From positions 186,001 to 250,000 of IMG/VR virus record IMGVR_UViG_3300029286_000009: a DNA stretch of 64,000 nucleotides. The stretch is one strand, 5' to 3'. The translations under genes and the position numbers were made by a program. Under the pieces are notes generated by a model. The model saw nothing but the letters and a program-made list of their open reading frames with translations, made no database searches and was not told the origin of the DNA. This document shows positions 41,627 to 53,371 of the stretch, one piece after another. Position 1 is the first letter of the stretch, and every line of letters starts with the position of its first letter.

Positions 41627-43399
41627 ATGGCTTTTGAACAATTAGAAAAACAATTTGGTACAAAATGTAAAGAACTTATAGAGATATGGAAGAGATACCC
41701 CTCCTTGGCTGCTAAAGACCTCCTATACAACCCCCTGTCATCCAATCCCGACGAAAACTTCTCTCTATCCCCCATTCAACGCGTTGTGACTAACCGAATA
41801 TGGCATGCTCGTAATAGTATTACTGTAGCTTGCCGTGGTTTTGGTAAGACATTTGATGCTGCTACTATGGGTATTTTATCTGCACTTCTCAATCCGGGAC
41901 GAAGAGTGGGATGTATGTCAGCTTCTTTTCGTCAGGCTAAACAGATATTTGAGGAGGTTTCTAATATATGGAATAGGTCTCCTCTCTTACAGGCATGTAC
42001 TGATCGTGCACCTGTCATAGCTAATGATGCTTGTACACTGGTATTTAAAGCTGTGCCTGGGCATAACCCCTCTAAGATGATCGGTCTTCCGCTTGCGGAT
42101 GGGCAAAAGGTCAGGGGGGCGCGTATGCATACACTGATGCTGGATGAAGTTTGTGTCATCCCAGAAAATACTTTTCAAACTGTTCTCCGCCCCTTTGCTG
42201 CTACATCTATGGAGCCCACCAAACAGACCCGGTTGGCTAAAGAACGTAGACGTATTATGGGCCTTAATCTATCTGAGGATAAGAAGCAAGAAATGTTAGA
42301 CTTATTATCGGGGCGGTCTTCAGTTAACCAGATACATATGTTTACATCGGGATATTATTCTTTTAATTGGGTGTATAATCTGTATTGCAAATATTCAGAC
42401 CGTATGCATGGTATTAAGCGGGGTGCCATAGATGGTTTAGATGATGGTTATACTGATAATCCTCTTCATTATGCTACCTTCCAAATTCCTTATTGGTCTT
42501 TAGAAGAAGGATGGTTGTCTGAGGGTGGTTTATCTGATGCTCGCCGTGACATGTCCTCTATTCAGTTCAGAATGGAATATGAGGCTGCCTGGATATCTGA
42601 TAGTGGTGGGTTCTTTAAGATATCTGACATAGAACAATGTCGTGCTGAGAATTTAGGTATAGACTTGCAAATGCGTCCTTACGGGGATCCTGGAAGACAG
42701 TATATTATGACACTTGACCCTGCTCGTACCTCTGATGCTTTCGCTATTGTCATTTCTGAAGTTGACCCCACGTTCGGACTCAAGATATCTCATATGGAGC
42801 AGCATTTCAAGGTTCCCACCCCCAAAATTGTTGAACGTATACTCCAGCTTACTAGTAAATTTAATATTGTTGAAATTGGGATGGATCGAGGCGGCGGTGG
42901 CCAAACTGTAGCTGACTATTTGGCACATGGTAATGTTGAATTTTCTCCAATCTTTGATAAGGATGATGAACGATATAGGGGAATGCGTGGGCGACATATT
43001 TTACAACTTATAGATTTTAGTCCAACGTGGATTGAGAATGCAAATCATAATGCGAATTTCTTGTTAGAACGAAGAAAAGTAGCTTTTCCGAAGCGCCCAA
43101 TGGAAGGTGCGTCTTCCTCAAGTAAACTGGATGAACTTGATAGGAATGTAAAAATCGTTGAGCAATTAATCATGCAGCTGATTAGTATACAGATATCTGA
43201 AACTAGAACAGGGAAAGCTCATTTTGATTTACCTGAAACTGGTGGTGGGTTTGTAAAGCATAAAGATTTATATTCAGCATTTATTATGGCGTGTGATTTA
43301 GTATATAATAAAATTCAATCAAGTCTATTACCTACGGTTAATATGCCCTTACTAGGCATAATTACACCAAGGATGAATATGGGCGGAGGATACTACTAA
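41627..43399 (+). CDS. terL: Terminase large subunit
   Basis: Walker A RGFGKT, RG.R..LMLDE, F.MEY.A, nuclease LDPAR and KDLYSA. Confidence 0.92.
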   Translation: MAFEQLEKQFGTKCKELIEIWKRYPSLAAKDLLYNPLSSNPDENFSLSPIQRVVTNRIWHARNSITVACRGFGKTFDAATMGILSALLNPGRRVGCMSASFRQAKQIFEEVSNIWNRSPLLQACTDRAPVIANDACTLVFKAVPGHNPSKMIGLPLADGQKVRGARMHTLMLDEVCVIPENTFQTVLRPFAATSMEPTKQTRLAKERRRIMGLNLSEDKKQEMLDLLSGRSSVNQIHMFTSGYYSFNWVYNLYCKYSDRMHGIKRGAIDGLDDGYTDNPLHYATFQIPYWSLEEGWLSEGGLSDARRDMSSIQFRMEYEAAWISDSGGFFKISDIEQCRAENLGIDLQMRPYGDPGRQYIMTLDPARTSDAFAIVISEVDPTFGLKISHMEQHFKVPTPKIVERILQLTSKFNIVEIGMDRGGGGQTVADYLAHGNVEFSPIFDKDDERYRGMRGRHILQLIDFSPTWIENANHNANFLLERRKVAFPKRPMEGASSSSKLDELDRNVKIVEQLIMQLISIQISETRTGKAHFDLPETGGGFVKHKDLYSAFIMACDLVYNKIQSSLLPTVNMPLLGIITPRMNMGGGYY

Positions 43400-45414
43400 T
43401 GGCTAAGAGGATTGTTGCAAAGGCAAAAAAAGAGGTTCAGGCGTTTCTAAATGATTACCCCGATGCGGAATTTGCGGGAGCACAAAAGGCAGAGGATGGT
43501 ACAACTAAGTTAATATTTCGTCCTAGGCTTGCTGTGTTAGCCCCTGAAGAACAACCAGCATTGGCACGTGACGGGAGACATGTTCCACCCGAGATAAGAG
43601 TTAAGCAGCGTGCTATAGCTGAAATCACTTACCGAGACGCACTTATACATTCCGATCTTGATCTTGCTAAACCTGACATCACTTCTGAGCACCCCAAGAA
43701 AATTTATAATAGAATATTTGGGTATTATCGTAGTATGGACGTTTTTGGATCGTATATTGACGTCAAAGCAGATCTCGCCGTGTCTGGTTTTGAGAATGAT
43801 TGCGAGGATATGGCTATTAAAGAGTTCTATGATAATTGGTGCCAGGATGTTGATCTGGAGCAAGTTTTGGAATGGATATATCACGAGTTTTTTACTTCCG
43901 GATTAGTTCGTACCTATAAGGTGGTAGGGCGTTATGAACCTCAGGTTAATACATTGTCGGAGGTCAAGAAGCCCCCGCAACCCGCGACTCCCAAGAGACA
44001 AGAGGGGGAAGATGACTTGGATTATAAGTTGCAAAGACAAATGTGGCTACAAGGGCAGATACCGGATTATATACCAGAAGCAGAGAATCTAAAAGAGTAT
44101 GCTGCAAGAAAGAAGCGTTGGTCTAAGGGTTTTATCCCGATTGCGTACACCGTATTAAACCCCCAGGCTGTAGAACTGGTAGGTCCTCCAGATTTTAATC
44201 AAACCCGTGTGGTTTTGCACCCATCAGACGAAATGTCGGAACTGGTGAAACGAGAGAGTATTACAGGGAAAATTACCGATGCGGAGAAATCCATACTAGA
44301 GAGTATGCCCCCAGAGATAAAGCATGCTATTAAGGAAGGTAAGCCAATAGAGCTTGATCCGGATTTTGTGGGGGCGATAGATAATAGGCGACGTCCTTAC
44401 GAAAAGTATGCTATTAATCCCATGGTCAGAGCTCTAGAGGCTGTAGAATATAAGAAATCTTTACGCGAGGCTGACTATAGTACAATAGATGGTATTACGT
44501 CAGAAATATTAGTAATTACTGTCGGCGATAAAGACAATCCTGTTTTGCGTGTGGATGACTTGAAAAAAGTTTCGGATTTATTTAATACAGCACAGAAAGC
44601 TTTTCAGGTGGTTTGGAACCATACTCTAAAAGTAGAAAGAGTGTCCGCGCAAAACGTAGACCAAATCTTTGGGGCGGATAAATTTGAACAAGCTGAAAGA
44701 GATATTTCAGGGTCAATGCGGGTTCCTAGGGCCCTGTTAGATGGTCTGGTAATTGGTAATACCAGTAAAGAAGCCATGTCTATGGCTGTTAAGTCCCTGA
44801 CTGCAGAGATTGCTTTTGCACGTCGACAAGTTACGCGGTGGCTGTATAAAGAGTATAAAGCTATTGCAGATGCGTATGGATTTAAGCGCATCCCTTCTAT
44901 TCGTTGGGACGATATGATTTTAAAAGATGAATTAGCTATGAAGACCCTAGTAATGTCTTTGGTAGATAGGCGTATTATCTCTTATGAAACCGCACACAAA
45001 CTGCTTGGATTTGATCCAGAGTTTGAAAAAAAGATGCTTACCAAAGAAAAGAAAGATGTTATTGATGGGAACTTTGGTATTCTCGGGTCTCCTTACCAAC
45101 AGGGTGCTGGTAATAGCGGAGATAGTCAAGACAAGCAAAAAACACCATCCGGCACGCCCTCGGAGGGCCGTCCGAAAGGTCAGCCTGCACCTAAGACCCC
45201 GGCACCAGCGACCCCAGAAGGAAAAACGAAGCATATAATTAAGAAAGAGGTAAGAACTATAAAGAAGGAAGAGATACACCGCCAAGCAGCTAGCATAGCA
45301 GAGCTGTTTGATGAGCAGGAATTGAACTCTTTAGAAACACTTATCAAGGCAATAAGGGAGATTAAGGGTATAGAATTAGGTAGCCTGGTAAATCAGGAAG
45401 AGGGGTTGGTATGA
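43399..45414 (+). CDS. Portal protein
   Basis: Directly after terL; size; L.DRRIISYET...LG and GRP tail. Confidence 0.78.
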   Translation: MAKRIVAKAKKEVQAFLNDYPDAEFAGAQKAEDGTTKLIFRPRLAVLAPEEQPALARDGRHVPPEIRVKQRAIAEITYRDALIHSDLDLAKPDITSEHPKKIYNRIFGYYRSMDVFGSYIDVKADLAVSGFENDCEDMAIKEFYDNWCQDVDLEQVLEWIYHEFFTSGLVRTYKVVGRYEPQVNTLSEVKKPPQPATPKRQEGEDDLDYKLQRQMWLQGQIPDYIPEAENLKEYAARKKRWSKGFIPIAYTVLNPQAVELVGPPDFNQTRVVLHPSDEMSELVKRESITGKITDAEKSILESMPPEIKHAIKEGKPIELDPDFVGAIDNRRRPYEKYAINPMVRALEAVEYKKSLREADYSTIDGITSEILVITVGDKDNPVLRVDDLKKVSDLFNTAQKAFQVVWNHTLKVERVSAQNVDQIFGADKFEQAERDISGSMRVPRALLDGLVIGNTSKEAMSMAVKSLTAEIAFARRQVTRWLYKEYKAIADAYGFKRIPSIRWDDMILKDELAMKTLVMSLVDRRIISYETAHKLLGFDPEFEKKMLTKEKKDVIDGNFGILGSPYQQGAGNSGDSQDKQKTPSGTPSEGRPKGQPAPKTPAPATPEGKTKHIIKKEVRTIKKEEIHRQAASIAELFDEQELNSLETLIKAIREIKGIELGSLVNQEEGLV

Positions 45415-46229
45415 TGCCTGGACCTAAATTAACATTGGAAGACATAGAATTCTTGAAAAATAATAGAGATAAAATGTCTAATCGAGAACTTGCCCAAACA
45501 TTGGGGTGCTCAGTTCATACAATTATTGACAAAGTTAGAAAGTATGGATTACCTCTACACAAGGTGTCGAAGTATACACCCAATGAGCATTATTTTGATG
45601 AACTGACCCTAGAGAACTGTTACTATGGGGGGTTTATTGCAGCGGATGGGTGTATTTATCCTAGGTATAAACAACTTAGTTTTGAACTTCAGATTAGGGA
45701 TTACACCCAATTACTTAGATTTGCGTCATTAACCGAATTTGGCGGGAAAGTATATCTTAAGGAAAGGCCAAATAGGGGATGGTCCGCACAAATGTATGTG
45801 GTATGCGAAAGATGGGTGGAACAGTTAAGACACCATTTCAATATTGTTCCTAAAAAATCTCTTATTTTACAACCACCCAATCTGCAGGATGTAAATCAGA
45901 TTTTGGCGTACTCGATTGGTTATGTAGATGGTGATGGTACGGTTGGTAAGTATACCAATAACCTACAGAATAGAACAGACTGGTTTGTAGGTGCATCAGG
46001 CACTTATGAGTTACTTTCGTTTATAAAATGTGCTTTTGATGACCTTGTTCCTCCTGTAGGTAAACCAGCAAGTGTGCTTGGGATGCGTCGGGGAGGGCAG
46101 TTACAAGCGTATAGGTTTATCTACCAGATAAGGGGCAAGCGTGCGGAACATATACTGAGCAAACTCGTTAGCATTGATTGCCCACACCTTGATAGAAAAT
46201 GGAACAAAGTTAGGGAGGAATTATTATGA
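45411..46229 (+). CDS. Free-standing LAGLIDADG homing endonuclease with N-terminal HTH
   Basis: YYGGFIAADG and YSIGYVDGDG helices; C-terminal RKW. Confidence 0.85.
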   Translation: MMPGPKLTLEDIEFLKNNRDKMSNRELAQTLGCSVHTIIDKVRKYGLPLHKVSKYTPNEHYFDELTLENCYYGGFIAADGCIYPRYKQLSFELQIRDYTQLLRFASLTEFGGKVYLKERPNRGWSAQMYVVCERWVEQLRHHFNIVPKKSLILQPPNLQDVNQILAYSIGYVDGDGTVGKYTNNLQNRTDWFVGASGTYELLSFIKCAFDDLVPPVGKPASVLGMRRGGQLQAYRFIYQIRGKRAEHILSKLVSIDCPHLDRKWNKVREELL

Positions 46230-47770
46230 GTAAATATCGATTATTTGGTAGTGCTCCTTACCAGATTGAGATTATGGATAAGAAGCCTAGAAAGGACATA
46301 TATAAGCACATCTCCTTTCCAGAGGTAGTTACGCCAGATTTGATTGCTTTTGCCGGCAAAATGGTAGAAAGTGGCCCTAATCTTAATCGAGCATATTTTG
46401 ACCAAGCGGAATTGGTAAAAGCACGACCCACTTTACTTAATAAAGCAATTGATATTGAGCATGAAGTAGACAAAGTAATTGGGCATATTTACCAAGGTGC
46501 GTATATCGAACGTGAATCTAACTTGTTGATAACTTCAGATAACTTTAATCCTGAAAAACATATTGATGTTGTTATAGGTGGAATAGTTTACATCGATCGG
46601 TTCCCACAGATAGAAAGTTCAATGAGTAGAAAAGCTTATGGGTTGTCTATGGAATGCTGGTTTGATGCATTTTCTTTGCTTTTGGAGAATGGTATTAAAC
46701 TGTCTTTAGAAGAGGCTGAGGCATTAGGATTAGCCGAATTTATTGAACAGTTGTTTGGTAAGTTTAAGTCCCAGGAAGATTTTGATAATGCACATAGTTT
46801 GATGGTTACATGTGCAGACCAGAGTAAAAAGAAACTTAAATTATTCAAGTTTCTTCATGATATCACGTGGGCAGGAGTAGCTGTGGTTGGTTCTCCAGCA
46901 TGTCCCAGTTGTACTGTGTTGAATATAAGTGGAAACGATGAAGATGAGATGGCAACAGCATCCCAACTCTTCTCTTTGGATCTTCGTCGTGTTGAGTCTT
47001 ATATGGAGTTAATTAGAAACAATAAAGAGATATCTCCTATAAATTTTCAGGTGATAGAAACATTAGAAAACTGCGATTGTCCTAACGACGAACAAGCAAC
47101 AGACACTTTTATCCCTTCGGCACCGCCTACTGCTAATCCCCCTACTGGGGTTGGACTTCCTCATACACCCAATGATTTCACTTCTTTTCCTGCTGCGTGC
47201 CCGCAATATCGGTTGGACGCTGATATGTGGTGTGCTTATGCAGATCAGCAGTGTGTGACAGCGGGTGATAGAACTTTTAAAGATTGTCATCGCTGGACTA
47301 AAGACCCTGTAGGACGTTGGTTGTTTGACACTAGAAGTACAAACAAAGAAGAGGACGGTTTAGTACCTAGCGGAGATGAGGAAGCCAGTACCGAAGGTGT
47401 AGTAGAAGAAGGGTGCGTTGCTTCTGTAGGTTACAAGTTGGCTGCTGCTAGTTACGCCCGTGAGGTGTGGGCTTGTGAGAACGAATCTGCTGCTATTTGG
47501 ACCACCCAGTTTATAGAGAGCTTACCTAATTCATGTTTTGCAGTTGTTGAAACCGGGTATAAAGATCATATGGACAAGAATGCACGCCACCTTCCTTTTA
47601 AGGATAGCTCAGGTAAAGTTGACTTGACACGCCTGAAGGATGCGTTAGTTAAGGCTAAGCAAATCAAGGCTGTACTAGGAAGTGATACTGATAGTGAATT
47701 AAGAAATCGAGCACAAAATCGGCTTGCACCATATGCTAAGAAGTATCTTAGTCGAGGTGAGGGGGATTAA
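46226..47770 (+). CDS. Probable prohead protease
   Basis: N.N...F, IDIEH...VIGHI, LSMEC, G.A.V..PA; located after the portal. Confidence 0.65.
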   Translation: MSKYRLFGSAPYQIEIMDKKPRKDIYKHISFPEVVTPDLIAFAGKMVESGPNLNRAYFDQAELVKARPTLLNKAIDIEHEVDKVIGHIYQGAYIERESNLLITSDNFNPEKHIDVVIGGIVYIDRFPQIESSMSRKAYGLSMECWFDAFSLLLENGIKLSLEEAEALGLAEFIEQLFGKFKSQEDFDNAHSLMVTCADQSKKKLKLFKFLHDITWAGVAVVGSPACPSCTVLNISGNDEDEMATASQLFSLDLRRVESYMELIRNNKEISPINFQVIETLENCDCPNDEQATDTFIPSAPPTANPPTGVGLPHTPNDFTSFPAACPQYRLDADMWCAYADQQCVTAGDRTFKDCHRWTKDPVGRWLFDTRSTNKEEDGLVPSGDEEASTEGVVEEGCVASVGYKLAAASYAREVWACENESAAIWTTQFIESLPNSCFAVVETGYKDHMDKNARHLPFKDSSGKVDLTRLKDALVKAKQIKAVLGSDTDSELRNRAQNRLAPYAKKYLSRGEGD

Positions 47771-47773
47771 CAA

Positions 47774-49294
47774 ATGGGAAATTTTGACTATAGTTTTGCT
47801 CCTAGAGTTGCTAATGCATTCGCGACCCCTTATCCGGCGTATGCCTGCAAGACTTTAACAGTGTCGGGTTTGTCAGTTGATTACAGTTTAAAGGATAATT
47901 CTTCATTGTTCACTATTTTGTCTGCTCCCGTGGAATTTTTGATTAAGGATATTACACAAGATATCTCTATAAAACTGAATTCAACAGACCATGATGCTGT
48001 TCCCATAGGTGTTGGTACGACATTTGGTGCTTCACCTTTTGTTACTACAGATATATATGTAACTGTATCGGGTTCATCTACCGCAACATTTACTATATTT
48101 GCTATGGGTTGGAAGTAAATGGCAGACCGTTCTGTAGGTATTCGCACATCTGGTGCCGATACTTATGTCGCTGCATTTACAGCAGCAGAACAAGCGGAGG
48201 GTAAAGAGCGTGTAGTTCAACTTACTGGATTGACTGCTGGGAAAGTGAGCGAAAATCTAGCAAACTCTATTCGGACGGTTATAAGCGATGACGTATATGA
48301 TGCTACAACTTTTTCGGGGAGTATTGTTATTGGTGATTCAGCTTACTTAACATGTTATTTACGACATTCCAGATCGGACGGTGAATGTCTTGTAACTCCT
48401 TTACTTTGCGATAATTATGGAATAGTAATGGGTTGTTTAGATAGCCAGAAGTCCAAAGTAATGCTACCAGTTGTTAGTGGTACATCCTATTTATCGAATA
48501 ATCTTTCTTGGGCTGTTATGGAAACAGGAGCTTGGAAGGTTTTTGTTCATGTTTCGGGATTGTCTGCAGCTAACTCTGTGGACTTATGGGCTTTCACGAT
48601 ATAGGTAAGGATATATGACTAGATATAATATGATTTCTAGTGATCCATCTCGGGCGTACTCGGGTTACGCGGCTACGTCTGTAGATTTAGAAAATGTTGT
48701 GGATTATGATTTGAAGGATAACACAACACTGTTTGACTCGGTCGGTGTAGCTCGGATTTGTATAATTAAAACTACTGCACCAGTGTACGTAAAGTTTAAT
48801 TCGACAGATAATGACCCAATAGAGTTTTTTTCTAATGACGGGTTTAGTTTTGGGTTACTCCCTATAGAAAATATTTATATAACCGCGGCGTTGTTAGCAC
48901 ACGTACGTGTAATTATAATAGGATATAACTAACATGGCTAAAGAACCTATTGTGATAGAGTGGACGTCTACCACAAAGGGAGACGACCCTAAACGATTTA
49001 GAATTGAGGACGTAAAGGCAGGTAAGTATGAGAAATGGTACTGGCTAAAAAGAATTAAGAGGTCGATTGTGGGCGAATAGAAAGATGCCTAACTATTACA
49101 TCGGGTACTGTGATACTACAACAAGTGGAATATCTTACAACGATATGGTAAACTATGTGAATATTGTAGTTTCTGGTATTACCATATCTGGTACGGATTA
49201 TTATGATTTTGAGGGACAGGGTGGGATAGTAACCACTGAGTCAGGGCGTGTTGTGGTTATCAACAACGAATATATCGACGGGGGAGTGTTTTAG
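47774..49294 (+). other. Cluster of small beta-rich virion-like proteins (47774..48118, 48119..48604, 48615..48932, 49067..49294)
   Basis: 47774 and 48615 are paralogs (DY.LKDN..LF and K.NSTD.D); all lie in the head operon. Confidence 0.55.
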
Positions 49295-49317
49295 TACTTT
49301 CGGGAGTTTAAACTAGA

Positions 49318-50577
49318 ATGTCTACAACAATTCAAATTAGAAGAGGTTTAAAAATCAATTTGCCCACTTTGGAAGAGGGGGAATTAGCTTATACAGTAGA
49401 CGAAAATCTTGTGTACGTTGGGGATGGTTCGCATAACTATTGTGTAGGTAATGTAGCTTCGGGGGTGGGAAACCCTTCAGGAAATTTAGTTGCTGGGCGT
49501 GTATATGTCAATACTGCTAGTGGTACGATCTTCTTTTGTAATGGTTCTGAATGGGTGGGTATCGGTGGTTCGGTTGGCACTTTAGATGATATTCAGGATG
49601 GCATTAATTATCAGCGTGTAGCTGCATCCGAAGTAGACTCTTCGGGGTATGTTATTCAAATCAACGATGGAACTCACTCTGTTACAGCAGAACAAAGCAG
49701 AGATCACATTGATAATGCAACAATTCACAGGTCTATTAATGACAGCGGCTCCTCTAATATAGATTTATGGTCAGCCCAGAGAATTATGGACCAGTTGGGG
49801 ATTGCCATTAGAGGAATTGATTGGCAGTCATCAGTTCTGACTATTTCAGGTAGCCCGCCCGTTGGACCCGCAGAAGGGGAACGTTATATTATCTCTGTTG
49901 GTGCTACGGGGGGTTGGACAACTTATGATAATTACATTTCAGAGTGGACAGTTGCTAGTGGAACTTGGGTAATGACTCAACCTAATGAAGGTTTTGCAGC
50001 TTGGGTTGAGGATGTAGACAAACTCTATTTGTATACCGGTAATACTTGGACTCCCATGTCCTCAGTAACTCACCATAACTATCTGTCTGGTTTGGACGGC
50101 GGGAGCGAAGGAAGTTATTATCATCTTTCTCCTGCAGACTTTGCTGCCCTGACAACCAATCGTGCTGATACTGTTAAAGCTATTGTAGGACCCATGGCTT
50201 CAGGGACTCAAACATCTATCTCAGTTGACTACAACGAACCTCTAGGCGTATTCGATTTTGTAGTTAGTGTTGCTCACTCAGCTACTACAGGGCAAACAGC
50301 TGATGATCACCACGCAGAACAACATGCCCTTACAAGTTCTACAGTGCACACAGTAACAACGGTATCTGGTTATGTATTAAGAGCAACAGGAACTAATACC
50401 TTTGATTTTGGTCCTCTTATATCTACTGATTTACCTCTTCATGCTTCTAGACATCAGCATGGTGGTGACGATGAAGTTGCTACAGCTACGCCTGCGGCAA
50501 ATGCCATTCCGAAGTCAACGGCGGGGGCTGATTTGAATAATTGGATAACTCTTTTGGACGGGGGTAGTTTTGTCTAA
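49318..50577 (+). CDS. Fibre protein with Mtd-N-like anchor and DUF2793-like domain
   Basis: IQIRRG....L..GELA..D...YVGDG; PP.GP.EG.RYI...W...PNEG. Confidence 0.7.
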   Translation: MSTTIQIRRGLKINLPTLEEGELAYTVDENLVYVGDGSHNYCVGNVASGVGNPSGNLVAGRVYVNTASGTIFFCNGSEWVGIGGSVGTLDDIQDGINYQRVAASEVDSSGYVIQINDGTHSVTAEQSRDHIDNATIHRSINDSGSSNIDLWSAQRIMDQLGIAIRGIDWQSSVLTISGSPPVGPAEGERYIISVGATGGWTTYDNYISEWTVASGTWVMTQPNEGFAAWVEDVDKLYLYTGNTWTPMSSVTHHNYLSGLDGGSEGSYYHLSPADFAALTTNRADTVKAIVGPMASGTQTSISVDYNEPLGVFDFVVSVAHSATTGQTADDHHAEQHALTSSTVHTVTTVSGYVLRATGTNTFDFGPLISTDLPLHASRHQHGGDDEVATATPAANAIPKSTAGADLNNWITLLDGGSFV

Positions 50578-50643
50578 GGTTTTTTATTATTTAGGTATTT
50601 TGGTGGGGGCTATATGAAATTCGGTACCTAAAAGGATTTATGA

Positions 50644-52719
50644 ATGTCAACAGTTATTCAAGTTAAAAGAGGTACTGAGGCACAGATATTAGAAAACCCA
50701 ATGGCAGTTGGGGAGTTAGCCCTATGTACCTCAACTTGCTCAATTTTTTCTTATAACGGTGTAACCAAATGCCTGATTGGTAAAGCAATCGTAGATACTT
50801 ATGACAATATGACTACTTACAGCGGTGTAAGTGGCCGCTTCTTCTTCAGTTCTGACACGGGAAATTTGTATGTTCATACAGGAACAGTCTGGTCTGGTAT
50901 TTCTTTATTAGACAACTATATAACTTCTTCAACTTTATCCACAACCAGTGGCAATATTGTATCACAAATAATCATCTCACATGGCAGTTTACAGAATTTA
51001 AACACTGATGATCACACACAGTATTTCTTAGCAGACGGTTCTAGAGAATTATCTGGTAATTTACTACCAGAGATGACTGGTGCTAGTGGTGTAGTGTCAA
51101 CGCGGGACTTAGGCAGTCCTACCCAGAAAATAAATAATATTTATGTGCATGATGTCCGTATGGGTGGGGAATCGTTATATGTGAATGATAAACTCATTCT
51201 GTATGATACATCACCTGAATTAGTTTTTAGAACAGATGCGAATCAGGATTTATCTCTAAAGACGTACGGACTTGGTGACATAAACCTAATATCAGATCAT
51301 GCTGATGTGGGTTTAGTTGCCTACGACACTTTTTCTGTTATAGCTGAAACAGTAGATTTATGGGCGGACGTCAAAGTTACTGGAAAGGTTTCATCTTCAG
51401 AAGGATTCCAGATCAATGAAGCTGCTCCAGCAGGTCAGTTTTTGAGGTCTAATGGGACAGTGTTTTTTGGTGGAACAATTCAAACTGGGGATATCCCCGA
51501 TATTTCTGCAAACTATATAACTCCTGCTAGATTAACTACTGTGTCGGGTGATCTCATTACTCAAATCCCTTCATTAGAAGAGTATGCAACCCAAAGTTGG
51601 GCAAATGGACAATTCATTACACCAGTTGTTCTGACAACTACTAGCGGAGATATAGTAACACAAATTCCGAGTTTAACAAATTATGTTACTACGTCTACTC
51701 TATCTACTGTAAGTGGGAATATAATGACGCAGATTCCTGATGTGGTGGGAGGAAGATTGGATTATGTTTCAACAACCCAGATAAAATGGTCATTTTTAAA
51801 TTCAAATCAGGTACGAATTTTCAACAATTCTACTTTTCTCGAAGAGGTTGTTAACTGTTCTTCTGAGCCTACTCTTTCATCTACAGGTAATGATATAGGT
51901 GGTGTAGCAATAACCTACGATACAGTTTATGATATATTTGCGGTTTACACTAGTGCTACTACTATCGCATTGGCTGTTGCTAAATGGGCTGTATCTACTG
52001 CTGGTTCTAGTGCAAGATATGCTGCGTGGGTTACGAGTACGGATTATAAAGTAGGGGATAAAGTGTCTAACGGTGGTTCCTATTACCCATGTATTGCGGC
52101 ACATACATCTGATACTTTTGCTACAGATTTAGCTGCTGGAAAATGGGGACCAGCCATGGCTGGTACCGGAGATCTTTTGGGGTTGGATATACTTGGTGGT
52201 TCTCCTGTTTTTTCGAATACCGGTGCATGGCGGGGGTATAGATGGTTAGGGACAGTTACAACTTTTAATGATTCGGGATCGAAGTTTAAGAGTAGCACAA
52301 CGCAATTATCTATTTCAAATTATTATAATGCTAAATTATTTAGGATTGGTCCTGCAAATGTAACTGCATCTTGGACGTATGATACTGCTGTTTGGAGGGA
52401 AAGCAATACAGGAACTGGGCAGACAAGAGCTGTTCATGCCCCATGTAGAACACAGTATGTTACCGGAGTAATAAGTGAGCATACGAATACTGCTGTTGGT
52501 GGGGCAATTTGGCTTGGTATCGCCGTAGACTCATCTACTACTAATACTGTTACTGCTTCTCACGCTTTTTCTAGCACTTGGTTTTGGCTTGTAAATCCCA
52601 TTTCTTTTTCATTGGCTAAAGGCTATCATTATATTACGTCATTAGAATATCCACAGGCTGGAGTTAATACGATTATGGGTGGTGGCTACTTACAAACCCA
52701 TATAATGATACTTGCATAA
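50644..52719 (+). CDS. Fibre / receptor-binding protein with Mtd-N-like anchor and CBM5/12-like insert
   Basis: IQVKRG...GELA; TTxSG repeats; AW....Y.VGDKV...G..Y.C..AHTS. Confidence 0.7.
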   Translation: MSTVIQVKRGTEAQILENPMAVGELALCTSTCSIFSYNGVTKCLIGKAIVDTYDNMTTYSGVSGRFFFSSDTGNLYVHTGTVWSGISLLDNYITSSTLSTTSGNIVSQIIISHGSLQNLNTDDHTQYFLADGSRELSGNLLPEMTGASGVVSTRDLGSPTQKINNIYVHDVRMGGESLYVNDKLILYDTSPELVFRTDANQDLSLKTYGLGDINLISDHADVGLVAYDTFSVIAETVDLWADVKVTGKVSSSEGFQINEAAPAGQFLRSNGTVFFGGTIQTGDIPDISANYITPARLTTVSGDLITQIPSLEEYATQSWANGQFITPVVLTTTSGDIVTQIPSLTNYVTTSTLSTVSGNIMTQIPDVVGGRLDYVSTTQIKWSFLNSNQVRIFNNSTFLEEVVNCSSEPTLSSTGNDIGGVAITYDTVYDIFAVYTSATTIALAVAKWAVSTAGSSARYAAWVTSTDYKVGDKVSNGGSYYPCIAAHTSDTFATDLAAGKWGPAMAGTGDLLGLDILGGSPVFSNTGAWRGYRWLGTVTTFNDSGSKFKSSTTQLSISNYYNAKLFRIGPANVTASWTYDTAVWRESNTGTGQTRAVHAPCRTQYVTGVISEHTNTAVGGAIWLGIAVDSSTTNTVTASHAFSSTWFWLVNPISFSLAKGYHYITSLEYPQAGVNTIMGGGYLQTHIMILA

Positions 52720-53170
52720 TTATGGGGAGGGTGTTGATATGAACGAAGTGATGGACGAGAAAATTTTGGCGGAGGCACAAAAATCAAAAGAAATTCATAA
52801 CGAATTGTTGGCAGTAGGGCTGTTAGTTAGTGGTGTAGATTCTAATGATAACATACATTTAGATGGGGCTGATGCCCAAGGTTTAGTTCCGTTAGTATTG
52901 GCAGCACATGGGCTCAGTTCCTCGTCAGCTGAATGTATAGCCTTAAAAATTGCTTTAGGAGAAACATCTTCAGAGTGGTTGGCTTATATTGGGGTGAGGA
53001 AGATTCCCATAAAATTACAGCGCGAGGAGAGGTTCAGAACAGAAACAGATCCCGTTCGTATGAATATAGATGATGAATATACGGTAGGGTCTGCAGAGTG
53101 GACGACTGCGTTAGAGGAATGGAAAACTTTGAAGAGTCAAATTAGAACTGAGTTACCCTATCCAGGATAA
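52712..53170 (+). CDS. Fibre assembly chaperone-like protein; start probably 52739
   Basis: Paralog of 4950..5339. Confidence 0.65.
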   Translation: MHNYGEGVDMNEVMDEKILAEAQKSKEIHNELLAVGLLVSGVDSNDNIHLDGADAQGLVPLVLAAHGLSSSSAECIALKIALGETSSEWLAYIGVRKIPIKLQREERFRTETDPVRMNIDDEYTVGSAEWTTALEEWKTLKSQIRTELPYPG

Positions 53171-53371
53171 ATGATAGTGTAATAAACAGGCGATTTCGGA
53201 TAATAACTAAGTTACTTTGTTAGGATGGAGAGCATTACTATTAGGCAGTGCTAATTACTGAAGAGGTAATATGCAACAATTTTTAATTGGATTGGAATGC
53301 GGAATGGCTCTAGGAAGAATTCTATTGGCAGTTCTTTATGAGTTGCGGCGGAGGTAAAAAGTTATAGTATT